Source: an uncultured Verrucomicrobiota bacterium
GTDB taxonomy: Bacteria > Verrucomicrobiota > Kiritimatiellia > CAJWTS01
Direction of reading: 5' to 3'
Assembly: GCA_913047795.1 (NCBI GenBank)
Contig: CAJWTS010000006.1
Coordinates: 19,363 to 83,362, forward strand
DNA length: 64,000 bases
Within the stretch, counting starts at the first letter, position 1. Every line of letters begins with the position of its first letter. The notes beneath the pieces are model-generated. The model was not told the DNA's origin. It made no database searches and saw nothing but the letters and a program-made list of their open reading frames with translations. Below, one piece after another: positions 41,766 to 51,337 of this stretch. A program made the translations under genes and the position numbers.

Positions 41766-41815
41766 GCACCCGCTGCGCCAGAGCCTTTTCCGGGCGGTGC
41801 ATTGCGAGAACAACC
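41766..41815. repeat. 50-bp perfect direct repeat, copy 2
   Basis: Identical to 37504-37553. Weaker similarity continues for ~90 nt downstream in both copies. Confidence 0.9.
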
Positions 41816-41985
41816 TGCTCGACGCTATCTGCCCCGCCAGCGCCCGCCGCCGGAATTTTCATAGCCGCTGCCCCGGCCATTGGCCTGCGAAGGGGAGCGC
41901 GATGGTCTGCTTCCGACATGGCAATCGAATTCCCTGCTCCAGGGAACAATCGGATCCGGGAACGGCTTCAGGGAACAGGCCATGA
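41766..41985 (+). pseudogene. 3'-terminal remnant of a PhyH-family gene (HPLRQSLFRAVHCENN...), no upstream body
   Basis: In-frame translation matches the C-terminus of paralog A, then diverges. The upstream sequence is the parC 3' end. Confidence 0.5.
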
Positions 41986-42158
41986 AATTTGACTGCCGGG
42001 CCCCTTTGGGCTGATACTTCCGCTTCGCTGTCAGGTTCAACCTGGAGGCACCGCAAGACCATGAAGAAGACTGCGCTACTCTTACCCGTCGCCCTGTTGC
42101 TGACCTGTGCCGCGCAGGGGACGCCGAACTCGCCCCGCCGTCCACGCCGAGGGCCACG

Positions 42159-43298
42159 ATGAACGCGGGCTTCGAGGCGATGATGGAGCCGGCGATCGCC
42201 AGGTGCACGACGCTCTCGCCGGTGGAGGCGCGGCACTTCGTCGACCACGGCTGGGTCCTGGTGAAGGGCGCGTTCTCGAAGCAGATCGCGGCGGATGTCG
42301 TGGCCTGCGCCTGGCGCGAGCTCGAGGAGCAGGGCATCATGCAGGACGACCCGGAGACATGGAAGCTGGGGTCGTACACGCGGACCGGCGGCCCGCCCGA
42401 GGTGTTCATCATGGCCTCGCGTGGCGACGAGGCGGCGGCGGCGAAGATGCTCGAGATCCGGACGCGCTACGGCCTGCCGCCGAAAAGTCCGCTGCTGCAC
42501 GATGTTGCCCCGCGCGCGCTCGGCGCGCAGCTCGACTGCGTGGGCGGCCTGGATCGGGTGAAGGACCCGGAGCTGATCAGGCTGGTGGACTCCGTCGCGG
42601 TGAACCTGTGCGGCGAGGACGGCGACCTGGGCGAGGACGGGTGGAGGTCGACGCGCACGCCGGGGTGGCACAAGGACGGCTGGCACTTCCGCCACTTCCT
42701 CGACACGCCGCAACAGGGGCTCCTGCTGTGCTTCTTCTACGACGACATCCTCCCCGATTCCGGCGGCACCCAGATCTGCGTCGACTCCATCGGCGTCGTG
42801 GCGCGGCTGCTCGCCCAGCACCCGGAGGGCATCCACCCGGACACGGTCCAGGACTACATCAAGCCCTACATGATCAAGGAGTGCGGCAAGTTCGAGGAGC
42901 TCACGGGGGAGGCGGGCGACATGGCCATGATGCACCCGTATATGGTCCACCGCGTCGCGGCCAACCCCAGCGGCAGGGCGCGCTTCGCGCAATTCCCCTC
43001 CATCGGGCTCTCCGAGCCGATGCAGTTCGGGCGCGATGACCCGGGCGAGTACAGTCTCGCGGAGCTGATCGTGCTGAAGGAGCTTGGGGGGCTGAAGCGC
43101 TTCGACTTTGCGACGCAGGCGGATTACGCGACGTATCCACGCGAGGACATCACGCCGCCGCCATCGCGGACGAAGGAAGAGTGGCGGGCGATCAGCGTGG
43201 AGCTGTATGAGGAGCAGCAGAGGATGGCGCGGACGGAGCCGGAGTGGGCGCAGGAGATGTGGACCAGGCGCGAGCGCCCCGACATGTCCGGGCGCTGA
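42159..43298 (+). CDS. Phytanoyl-CoA dioxygenase (PhyH) family oxygenase, paralog B. A lipoprotein-type signal peptide ORF (42061-42162) lies upstream in a different frame.
   Basis: LSPVEARHFVDHGWVLVKGAF PhyH signature. The upstream ORF MKKTALLLPVALLLTCAAQG has a GGAGG RBS and ends in TGA overlapping the ATG. Confidence 0.7.
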   Translation: MNAGFEAMMEPAIARCTTLSPVEARHFVDHGWVLVKGAFSKQIAADVVACAWRELEEQGIMQDDPETWKLGSYTRTGGPPEVFIMASRGDEAAAAKMLEIRTRYGLPPKSPLLHDVAPRALGAQLDCVGGLDRVKDPELIRLVDSVAVNLCGEDGDLGEDGWRSTRTPGWHKDGWHFRHFLDTPQQGLLLCFFYDDILPDSGGTQICVDSIGVVARLLAQHPEGIHPDTVQDYIKPYMIKECGKFEELTGEAGDMAMMHPYMVHRVAANPSGRARFAQFPSIGLSEPMQFGRDDPGEYSLAELIVLKELGGLKRFDFATQADYATYPREDITPPPSRTKEEWRAISVELYEEQQRMARTEPEWAQEMWTRRERPDMSGR

Positions 43299-43552
43299 TG
43301 CAGATAGCGGCCGCAACCGATCCGCGCAGATGCACATTATCTCTGCGTCAAACAGCGCCGCTCACAGCCACCTGACCGTGGGCTAGCCTCTGTCCGCCGC
43401 CAACGGCCGCAGTGGTCTCGCGCACAGTTCGTCCATCTCGTCGAGACCCGCCCAGCCCAGCACCCGCCTGAGATAGATGCAGAAGCCCGGCTCCGCGCCG
43501 TCGCCCGGTCTCGCGCGACGTGCGGTACGTCACGCGGGAAACGCGAACGTTC

Positions 43553-44017
43553 TCAATGCACGTGCCCGTGCTCGACTTCGGTCTCGGTTGCCTCGCGCAC
43601 CGATTTCACGGTTACATCGAAGTGTAGAACCTCGCCGGCGAGCGGATGATTGGCGTCGACGGTGACCTCGTCATCCGCCACGGACGCGACGGTCACCACC
43701 TGGATCTGGTCATCTTCGGTCTGGCCCTGGAACTGCATGCCCGGCATCAACTCCTTGGCGTCGCCGAATGCGCTGCGCGGAACCTTCTGTACCAGCTCGT
43801 CGTGCCGTTCGCCGTAACCGAGTTCGGGCGGCACGGTTACCTTCACGTTGTCGCCGACGGCCTTGCCCTGCAACTCCTGCTCCAGCCCGGGCACGATGTT
43901 GCCGGCGCCATGCAGGTAGTTCATCGGCTCGCCGTCTGTGGAGGAATCGATCACGTCGCCGGAATCACCGGTCAGCGTGTAGTGGATGGATACGACACAT
44001 TTATCGTCAATTGTCAT
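43553..44017 (-). CDS. slyD: FKBP-type peptidyl-prolyl cis-trans isomerase SlyD (with IF insert and His-rich tail)
   Basis: MTIDDKCVVSIHYTLT...LHFDVTVKSVREATETEVEHGHVH. Confidence 0.85.
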   Translation of the reverse strand: MTIDDKCVVSIHYTLTGDSGDVIDSSTDGEPMNYLHGAGNIVPGLEQELQGKAVGDNVKVTVPPELGYGERHDELVQKVPRSAFGDAKELMPGMQFQGQTEDDQIQVVTVASVADDEVTVDANHPLAGEVLHFDVTVKSVREATETEVEHGHVH

Positions 44018-44219
44018 TTGGGTCTCACGTTTAATGGGTTTCTTCTGGAAGATTGCCGGGGCAAGGTACCACGCTTTCGCCCGATGGCAAGGATCGTCGA
44101 TGAATCCGCGGCTACGCCGATTCCGCCCCATCTTTTTTCTGGTCCGCCGCTACGTAGGCCTTACAATTCCGGCCATACCGCACGCACGAGCCATCATTGA
44201 CCCAAAGGATCACCAGATA

Positions 44220-44789
44220 TTGAAGACGCTGACATCTCTTGCAACAGCCGCGTTTCTCCTCGTCTCCGCCATCATTGCCGAAGAGGCACCGGACACGCCG
44301 GCGGCTCTCGACTTCACGCTGAAGACGCTGGCCGGCGAGGCTGTCGCGCTCGCGTCGTACCAGGGCAGGGTCCTCCTGGTTGTGAATACGGCCAGCAAAT
44401 GTGGACTGACTCCCCAATACAGGGCGCTACAGGCGCTCCACGAGAAATACGCGAAAGACGGACTGGCCGTGTTGGGCTTTCCCTGCAATCAATTCGGCAA
44501 GCAGGAGCCGGGCACGGCGGCCGCGATCAAGGCCTTCTGTACGCAGAACCATGGTGTCACCTTCGACATGTTCTCGAAGATAGAGGTGAATGGTGAGGGC
44601 GCCTGTGATTTCTATAAACACCTGACGGCGCTTGAAACAAAACCCAAGGGACCCGGCAGGGTGAGCTGGAATTTCGAGAAGTTTCTGATCGGCCGGCGCG
44701 GGAATGTCGTGGCCCGCTTCGCCCCGCGCACCAAGCCTGAAGCGAAAGACGTTACCGACTTGATCGAGGCTGAACTGGCGAAGAAATAG
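44220..44789 (+). CDS. gpx: Glutathione peroxidase, secreted
   Basis: VVNTASKCGLTPQY...LGFPCNQFGKQEPG. Putative TTG start with AAGGA upstream and an N-terminal hydrophobic segment. Confidence 0.8.
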   Translation: MKTLTSLATAAFLLVSAIIAEEAPDTPAALDFTLKTLAGEAVALASYQGRVLLVVNTASKCGLTPQYRALQALHEKYAKDGLAVLGFPCNQFGKQEPGTAAAIKAFCTQNHGVTFDMFSKIEVNGEGACDFYKHLTALETKPKGPGRVSWNFEKFLIGRRGNVVARFAPRTKPEAKDVTDLIEAELAKK

Positions 44790-44956
44790 ATTCCACTGAA
44801 TCATGCGCCAGGAAAAGAGCGTCAAACGCGCGACCCTCTTCGGTGTGCTCGGGGCACTGGCCTTTCTGATTACGGCCGCCCTGTCGCTGTGTCTGCGGCC
44901 ACCGAGGGTGGCGCTGTCCGGACCGGCGAATTCGTGGTGCTGTGGCAGGCGGAACC

Positions 44957-45685
44957 CTATGAGCGCTTTTTGCCCTTAACCCGTGGCTCCCCGCCACCCG
45001 GCGGCAGGATGGACTTGCTCTTCGCCGCGACCCAGACGAATCGCGAAAGCGATTTGCTGCCCTTGTACGCCGGCACGCGGTGCCGGCGCACGGCCAGGCC
45101 CGCGCGCATCAGCGTGCGCTCGTAGGCCTTGCTGGGGTCGGCCGACCAGATGGCCAGGCACCCCTTGTTGGTTAGCGCGTCGCGGCAGAGCGCGACGCCC
45201 GCGTTGCCGTAGAGGCGGTGGTTGCCGAGATCCGTCATCGGCGTGGGGCCGTTGTCGACGTCCAGTATGATCGCGTCAAACGTGCCGGGGCCGTTCGCCA
45301 GCAACTCAACAACGTCGCCCCGTTTAACCGTCACCCGCTTGTCGCGCATGGGATGATTGTTCAACGCACCCAAATGGTCGCGGTTCCAGGCAATGACATC
45401 CCCGATCAACTCGCATACCTTGATCGAGGCCGTGGGGCTGACAAGGTCCAGGCACTGGCGCAGGGTATAGCCCAGCCCAAGACCGCCCATCAGGATGCGG
45501 GGATCTCTTCGTTCGGCGAGGTGCGCGCATCCGAGTCGCGCAAGTTCCAGCTCCGACTCGTGCTGCCGGCTCTGCATCAGCACCTCGCCCTCAACCCGTA
45601 TGAAGAAATCTTCGTCGTGCCGGAATAGCACCATCTCGTTTCCGTCCGGGGTCCTTGAAGAGGCAATCTTGATCGTCGGCTTCAT
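44957..45685 (-). CDS. Spermidine/spermine synthase-family (PABS-like) aminopropyltransferase-like protein
   Basis: ILMGGLGLGYTLRQ...DAIILDVDNGP. Start at internal Met (MKPTIKIASS). Confidence 0.55.
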   Translation of the reverse strand: MKPTIKIASSRTPDGNEMVLFRHDEDFFIRVEGEVLMQSRQHESELELARLGCAHLAERRDPRILMGGLGLGYTLRQCLDLVSPTASIKVCELIGDVIAWNRDHLGALNNHPMRDKRVTVKRGDVVELLANGPGTFDAIILDVDNGPTPMTDLGNHRLYGNAGVALCRDALTNKGCLAIWSADPSKAYERTLMRAGLAVRRHRVPAYKGSKSLSRFVWVAAKSKSILPPGGGEPRVKGKKRS

Positions 45686-45768
45686 TCTGCTGTCTCTCTT
45701 TTCCGCCTGCCCGGAGCGAGTGCACCTAACGAACGCGTCGAGGGGCATCCCCGACCCCCGCCAAAACG

Positions 45769-46746
45769 TCAGCCCAGAACCCTGCCAATCGCCCCAACAA
45801 CATCGTCTCTCCCCGGGAGCACCGCGCGCTCAAGAACCTTCGCCACCGGCATCGGCACATCCCCCGCCGTGACGCGCTCGATCGGCGCATCGAGGAAATC
45901 CAATGCCTGCTCGCTCACGATCGCCGCGATCTCGGCCGCGTAACCGCAGGTGCGACTGCCCTCATTCACAATCACCAATCGCCCGGTCTTCTTGACCGAT
46001 TCAATAATCGTCGCCGTATCCAGCGGCTTGAGCGTCTGTGGGTCGATGACTTCAACTTCCGTGCCGTCACGCCCGACCTCCTCGGCCGCCGACGTCGCAA
46101 CGCTGACCATGCGGCCCGTGGCAACAACCGTCACGTCCCCGCCCTCACGCACCATCACTGATCCGGGAATGTCCAGCAGGTACTCCCCTTCCGGCACCTC
46201 GCCCTTGATGGCGTAAAGCAGGCGGGACTCCAGAAAGACCACCGGGTTCGGATTGCGAATCGCGGCCTTGAGCAGCCCCTTGGCGGCGTAGGGCGTCGAC
46301 GGCATGATCACGATGAGCCCGGGCACATGCGCGAACCAGGCCTCGAGGCTCTGCGAATGCTGCGCGCCCATCCCGATCCCGCTGCAGATCGCGGCACGCA
46401 TCACCAGCGGCACCGCCGCCTGGCCACCGGTCATGTAGCGCAACTTGGCCGCATGATTCACGATCTGGTCCATCGCAATCGTCATGAAATCGTTGAACTG
46501 AAACTCGATCACCGGCCGCGTGCCCGCCAACGCCGCGCCGACGCCTGCCCCGGCGATTGCGGCCTCGGAGATCGGCGTATCGATCACGCGTTCGGGCCCG
46601 TATTTGTCCAACAGGTCCTTGGTGACCTGGAACAGGCCGCCCAAAACCGCGATATCCTCGCCCAGTACAAAGACGTTCGCATCGCGCTGCATCTCTTCAT
46701 GCAGTGCTTCGTTCAACGCCTCGGAATATGTGATCGTGCGTGCCAT
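45769..46746 (-). CDS. 2-oxo-acid (pyruvate/acetoin) dehydrogenase E1 component, beta subunit
   Basis: MARTITYSEALNEALHEEMQRD..VFVLGEDI, transketolase-like pyrimidine-binding domain plus C-terminal domain. Confidence 0.9.
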   Translation of the reverse strand: MARTITYSEALNEALHEEMQRDANVFVLGEDIAVLGGLFQVTKDLLDKYGPERVIDTPISEAAIAGAGVGAALAGTRPVIEFQFNDFMTIAMDQIVNHAAKLRYMTGGQAAVPLVMRAAICSGIGMGAQHSQSLEAWFAHVPGLIVIMPSTPYAAKGLLKAAIRNPNPVVFLESRLLYAIKGEVPEGEYLLDIPGSVMVREGGDVTVVATGRMVSVATSAAEEVGRDGTEVEVIDPQTLKPLDTATIIESVKKTGRLVIVNEGSRTCGYAAEIAAIVSEQALDFLDAPIERVTAGDVPMPVAKVLERAVLPGRDDVVGAIGRVLG

Positions 46747-46749
46747 GGG

Positions 46750-47724
46750 CTATGCGTAAATATCCGCCATCGCCTCGGCCGGCTCGGGCTCGGGACTGTT
46801 GGTTGCGAATTCAACCGCTTCCTCGATCAGCGCCGCCACCGCCTTTTGGATGGCAGCGTCCTGATCGGCGCTCAAGGCGTCCTGCTCCTCCAGTACTTTT
46901 CGAAAGCGCGCGATCGGATCCCGGGCCTTCCATTCCGCCACTTCATCGGGCGGACGCGGGTCCTTCGTATTGAAAACGGAATGCGGTTCCCAGCGGTAGG
47001 TCTTGTTCTCGATCAGTGATGGCCCGTCGCCGGCGCGCGCGCGTTGCACCGCCTCGACGGCCGTCGTATGCACGGCCAGGACATCGTTGCCGTCCACGAT
47101 GTGACCCGGTATCGAATACGCCGCCGCGCGATCGGCCACGTTCGCTACCGCGGTGGTGACCTCGAAGCCGGCGCTCAGGGCCCAATGATTGTTCTCACAG
47201 ACAAACACCACCGGCAGCTTGCGGATCGCGGCCAGGTTAATCGCCTCGTGAAAAGACCCCTGGTTTGTTGCGCCCTCGCCGAAGAAACACGCCACCACCT
47301 GGGACGACTGTCGTACGCGACAACCCAGCGCGGCGCCGGTTGCAATCGGAATCCCGCCACCCACGATACCGTCCGCGCCCAGCATGCCGCGGCTGACATC
47401 GGCGATGTGCATGCTGCCGCCCTTGCCCTTGCAGTAACCGGTGGCGCGCCCAAATATTTCGGCCAGCATGCGCTTCACGTCCAATCCGCGCGCGATGCAA
47501 TGCCCATGCCCGCGGTGGGTGCTGGTCAGGTAGTCGTCGTCGAGCAGCGCGGAGCAGATCCCCACCGCCGACGCCTCCATGCCGATGTACGTATGTGCCG
47601 GGCCCTGCACCAGCCGCTTCTCGTGCGAGGCCAGTACCGCCTGCTCAAACTCCCGAATCAGCAGCATCGAGCGGTACAGCTCAAGCTGTTGATCCGTGCT
47701 CAGGTTCGTATCAGGTGTTGCCAT
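46750..47724 (-). CDS. 2-oxo-acid (pyruvate/acetoin) dehydrogenase E1 component, alpha subunit (TPP-binding)
   Basis: YRSMLLIREFE, GHGHCIARG, GDGA.NQG TPP motif context. Confidence 0.9.
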   Translation of the reverse strand: MATPDTNLSTDQQLELYRSMLLIREFEQAVLASHEKRLVQGPAHTYIGMEASAVGICSALLDDDYLTSTHRGHGHCIARGLDVKRMLAEIFGRATGYCKGKGGSMHIADVSRGMLGADGIVGGGIPIATGAALGCRVRQSSQVVACFFGEGATNQGSFHEAINLAAIRKLPVVFVCENNHWALSAGFEVTTAVANVADRAAAYSIPGHIVDGNDVLAVHTTAVEAVQRARAGDGPSLIENKTYRWEPHSVFNTKDPRPPDEVAEWKARDPIARFRKVLEEQDALSADQDAAIQKAVAALIEEAVEFATNSPEPEPAEAMADIYA

Positions 47725-47837
47725 GATCGCGCGCGCTCCTCATCCATCCGTCGTCGCGCCGTTCGGGAGAACCGCTTGAGCGGATCTCTCCTGGCAAACG
47801 CGCGCGCCGGCTCTTTTTTCGGTGCCTCCGTGCTGAA

Positions 47838-48869
47838 TCATGACGGTGCCAGCAAAATTTTCGCGTCCGCGCCGGCTTCCGCCCGCGCAAATGCCTCCAG
47901 CCCCTCGTCCAGTGGCAGTACGGCCGAGATCAGCGGTGCAACATCGATTGTCCCATCATCCATCAACCGCAGCGCCGTATCGAACGAACTCCAGATATGC
48001 GCGAAGGATCCGATGACGTTCAGCTCGCGGACCGCAATCTGCGAGTAATCGACCTGGACCGCCCCTTCGAACAGTCCCAGCTGCACGATCGTGCCACCCT
48101 TGCGCGTACAGGCATAGGCGGCCGCGACGGAGGCCGCCGCACCCGCGGCCTCGACCGTGATATCCGCGCCCCCGGTTTCCGGCGCCAATGTCTTGATCTC
48201 CCCTGCCAGGTCGGTCGATTCGACTTCAATCGCCCGGGCGACCCCAATCGTATCGGCTAGCTTCAAGCGTTCGGCATCCCTGGCCGTGCCGGCAACTACC
48301 ACCACCGCGCCATGCGCCTTCGCCACCAGCGCGGCGAAAAGACCGATGGGGCCGGGCCCGAGGATGAGCACCAGTTGGCCCGGCGTCACCTGCGTCCGCT
48401 CGAGCAGGGCGTGCACACAGACGGCCAGCGGTTCGGTCGCGGCGCCGGCATGAAAATCGACACCGGGCGGCAGGCGATGCACGGCGTCCTTGCGCACGAC
48501 CACGTGCTCCGCAAACCCGCCGTTGACGTGAACGCCGTAGGCCGTGCGTGCGGCGCAGCGATTGGTGTCGCCGCTCAGGCAGAACGGGCAGGTGCCACAG
48601 AGCGTTGCAGTTGTCTCGGCCATGACGCGTTCGCCGGCCTTGAGTTCGTCCACGCCGCTGCCGACGGCGCTGATTTCGCCGCAGAACTCATGGCCGAGGA
48701 TCACCGGTGGCACGTACGGAAAGGTATCGTGAACGATATGGATGTCCGTGCCGCATATCCCTGCCGCGCGAATGGCGATCTGCACCTCGCCCTCGCCCGG
48801 CTCCGGTGTCGGCACATCCACCAGCGCGAGGTGTCCCGGCCCCTTCTTCTGTTTAACCAGCGCGCGCAT
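47838..48869 (-). CDS. Zinc-dependent medium-chain alcohol dehydrogenase (butanediol/sorbitol/threonine dehydrogenase-like)
   Basis: MRALVKQKKGPG...GICGTDIHIV...GHEFCGEI...CGTCPFCLSGDTNRC. Start at internal Met. Confidence 0.85.
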   Translation of the reverse strand: MRALVKQKKGPGHLALVDVPTPEPGEGEVQIAIRAAGICGTDIHIVHDTFPYVPPVILGHEFCGEISAVGSGVDELKAGERVMAETTATLCGTCPFCLSGDTNRCAARTAYGVHVNGGFAEHVVVRKDAVHRLPPGVDFHAGAATEPLAVCVHALLERTQVTPGQLVLILGPGPIGLFAALVAKAHGAVVVVAGTARDAERLKLADTIGVARAIEVESTDLAGEIKTLAPETGGADITVEAAGAAASVAAAYACTRKGGTIVQLGLFEGAVQVDYSQIAVRELNVIGSFAHIWSSFDTALRLMDDGTIDVAPLISAVLPLDEGLEAFARAEAGADAKILLAPS

Positions 48870-49028
48870 CGATCCGAGTCTGCCGCTGTGGGACGCGCAA
48901 TTCAAGCGCCAAGGGGTCTCGGTGTCCGGGCGGGCGCGGTGTAACGCGCTGGTTTGTATCCCCTTTTTCGCGCCGGCCATGTTGTGTGTGCTTGACGCGC
49001 CGCGCGAGAGCGGCATTCTACGCCGCTT

Positions 49029-50387
49029 ATGCCTGCAGGCCCGGATAACGCCCGATTCTCGCCGCGGAACTGGCCGTTCTTTTATGGCTGGATGATTATG
49101 CTGGCGGGCACGGTGGGGGTCCTGGCCAGTGCGCCCGGCCAGACGAACGGCGTTTCGCCATTTACCGAAAGCCTGATCAAGGCGCTGGGTTTGTCGCGCG
49201 TCGACCTGAGCCTGGCCTATATGTTAGGCACAATCGGCAGCTCGCTGCTGCTGACCCGCGCCGGAAAACTCTACGATCGCTACGGTGCGCGCCGGATTGC
49301 CCCTGCGGCGGCCGTCGTGCTTGCGCTCGCCCTGCTGGCATTGAGCGCTTGTGACCAGATTGCCGCCGCGGTCAACGCATGGGTGCCCCATCTGGGCGCC
49401 CGCCGGTCATCGCTCGTGGTCGTAACGCTCGGTTTCTTCGCGCTGCGTTTCAGCGGGCAAGGCGTGCTGACGATGGTCTCCTACAACATGATAATGAAGT
49501 GGTTCGACCGGCACCGCGGACTGGTGACCGCGATCACAGGCATGTTCATTGCCCCGGGGTTCTCTGCTGCGCCGTTGGTGCTGAGCAAGATTGTGACCGC
49601 CGTGGGTTGGCGCGAAACCTGGCAAATGATGGCCGTGTTGATCGGCGTCGGCTTCAGCCTGTTCGCCTGGCTCTTTTTCAGGGAAAGCGCGGAGGCCTGC
49701 GGGCTCGTGGCCGATGGCCCCTGGCGCGATCGTAGCCTGGGCGCGAGGAAGCCGCACGCCGAGACGCGACACCAGTTCACGCTCGCGGAGGCCCGACGCT
49801 GCCCGACCTTCTGGGTTTTTTCGCTTGGACTCAGCCTTTTCGGATTCGTGATGACCGGGTTTACGTTCCACGTGGCATCAATTTTCGAAAACGCAGGGCT
49901 GACCGCCGCAGCCGGATTCGCCATTTTTCTGCCGGGTGCGATCATCTCCGTGATCCTGCGGCCCCTGGTCGGCTGGCTGGCGGACCGGATCCCGCTCAAG
50001 TACCTGATGATGGCCATGTTGATCGCCCTGATAATGGTGGCGACAACGCTGTCCGTGCTCGGCCCGCGCTGGACACTCGTGTTGCTCGTCGTCGGCAACG
50101 GCGTCTGCTTCTCGATGATGGGTACGCTCTACGCTATCACCTGGCCCAATTTTTTCGGACGCACCCACCTGGGCGCCATCAGCGGTTTCAATAGCGCGCT
50201 GTGCGTCTTCTTCAGCGCCCTGGCCCCGTGGATGTTTGGGCAATGCCTGGCGGCGACCGGGTCGTACGCGGTGATCGAGGTGACCTGTGCGGGAGTCGCG
50301 GCCGTGTTGGTTGTGTTTTCCACACGGGCGGATGATCCGCAGGGGGAAGGTGGGTGGGCAAGGGAAGAAGGGAAAAGGAAAGCGTGA
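49029..50387 (+). CDS. MFS transporter
   Basis: 12 predicted hydrophobic segments; 452 aa. Confidence 0.8.
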   Translation: MPAGPDNARFSPRNWPFFYGWMIMLAGTVGVLASAPGQTNGVSPFTESLIKALGLSRVDLSLAYMLGTIGSSLLLTRAGKLYDRYGARRIAPAAAVVLALALLALSACDQIAAAVNAWVPHLGARRSSLVVVTLGFFALRFSGQGVLTMVSYNMIMKWFDRHRGLVTAITGMFIAPGFSAAPLVLSKIVTAVGWRETWQMMAVLIGVGFSLFAWLFFRESAEACGLVADGPWRDRSLGARKPHAETRHQFTLAEARRCPTFWVFSLGLSLFGFVMTGFTFHVASIFENAGLTAAAGFAIFLPGAIISVILRPLVGWLADRIPLKYLMMAMLIALIMVATTLSVLGPRWTLVLLVVGNGVCFSMMGTLYAITWPNFFGRTHLGAISGFNSALCVFFSALAPWMFGQCLAATGSYAVIEVTCAGVAAVLVVFSTRADDPQGEGGWAREEGKRKA

Positions 50388-50465
50388 GAGGAAGGGACGG
50401 AGATTCTTGGTGTTCCTTGCGCGCTATTGCGGTTAGGTTACGTCGCGAAACAGGAGAAAGCCGTT

Positions 50466-51287
50466 ATGTACAAATGTCTTAATCGTGGAGCCTTGCGGGT
50501 TCAGGCGGAATGGGAAGAATGTTTGCCGTTGGCGAAGGCGGCGGGGTTCGAGGGTGTTGATCCGGAGCTGGGGGCCGATAGCTCGGCCGCCCAGGTCAGT
50601 GACGCACTGGCCGCGAATGATCTGCGCATCGGCGGCGCGGGCCTGCCGGTGGAGTTCCGCGCGGATGAAGAGACGTTCAAGGCGGGCCTGGAGAGCCTGA
50701 AGAAGATTGCGCCGATCGCGGCGGCGGCCAACTGCACGCGGTTTGCGACCTATATCTTGTCGTTTTCGGACGATCTGCCGTTCGAGGAGAACTTTTCGCA
50801 ACATGCCCGTCGCCTGGGCGAGGCGGCCAGGATCCTGGCCGCCAGCGGCTGTCGGATCGGGCTGGAATTTCTCGGGCCGAAGACGCTGCGCGACGGACAT
50901 GACTACGAGTTCATCCATACCATGGGCCGGATGCTGGAACTCTGCGCGGCGGTGGGCTCGAACGCGGGGCTGCTGCTGGATGCCTGGCACTGGTATACGT
51001 CGCGCAGCACGGTCGCGGCACTGCAGGCCCTGACCCCCGACCAGATTGTGTATGTGCATATCAACGATGCGCCACTCGACGTCGCGATCGATGATCAGAT
51101 CGACGACCAGCGCGCCCTGCATGGCGATACGGGCGTGATCGACCTGGCGGGATTCTGCACGGCCTTGCGCGCGATCGGATACGATGGGCCGGTTGTTCCA
51201 GAGCCCTTTATCAACGAATTCGGGGACATGGATGCCGGTGATGTCGTTGACCGGGCGGGAAAAGCATACGCCGGCTTTTGGGGCTAG
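50466..51287 (+). CDS. Sugar phosphate isomerase/epimerase (xylose-isomerase-like TIM barrel)
   Basis: MYKCLNRGAL...LGLEFLGP...HINDA. AGGAGAAAG RBS before ATG 50466. Confidence 0.7.
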   Translation: MYKCLNRGALRVQAEWEECLPLAKAAGFEGVDPELGADSSAAQVSDALAANDLRIGGAGLPVEFRADEETFKAGLESLKKIAPIAAAANCTRFATYILSFSDDLPFEENFSQHARRLGEAARILAASGCRIGLEFLGPKTLRDGHDYEFIHTMGRMLELCAAVGSNAGLLLDAWHWYTSRSTVAALQALTPDQIVYVHINDAPLDVAIDDQIDDQRALHGDTGVIDLAGFCTALRAIGYDGPVVPEPFINEFGDMDAGDVVDRAGKAYAGFWG

Positions 51288-51337
51288 ATAGGCTAAGCGC
51301 CGCGGGGCCGCCAGGTCCTCTCTGGTCGCGCGTGCCG

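Noticed and set aside
41859-43337. 492-aa minus-strand ORF antisense to PhyH paralog B
   Set aside because: Arg/Pro-rich junk frame. The plus-strand frame carries the PhyH signature.
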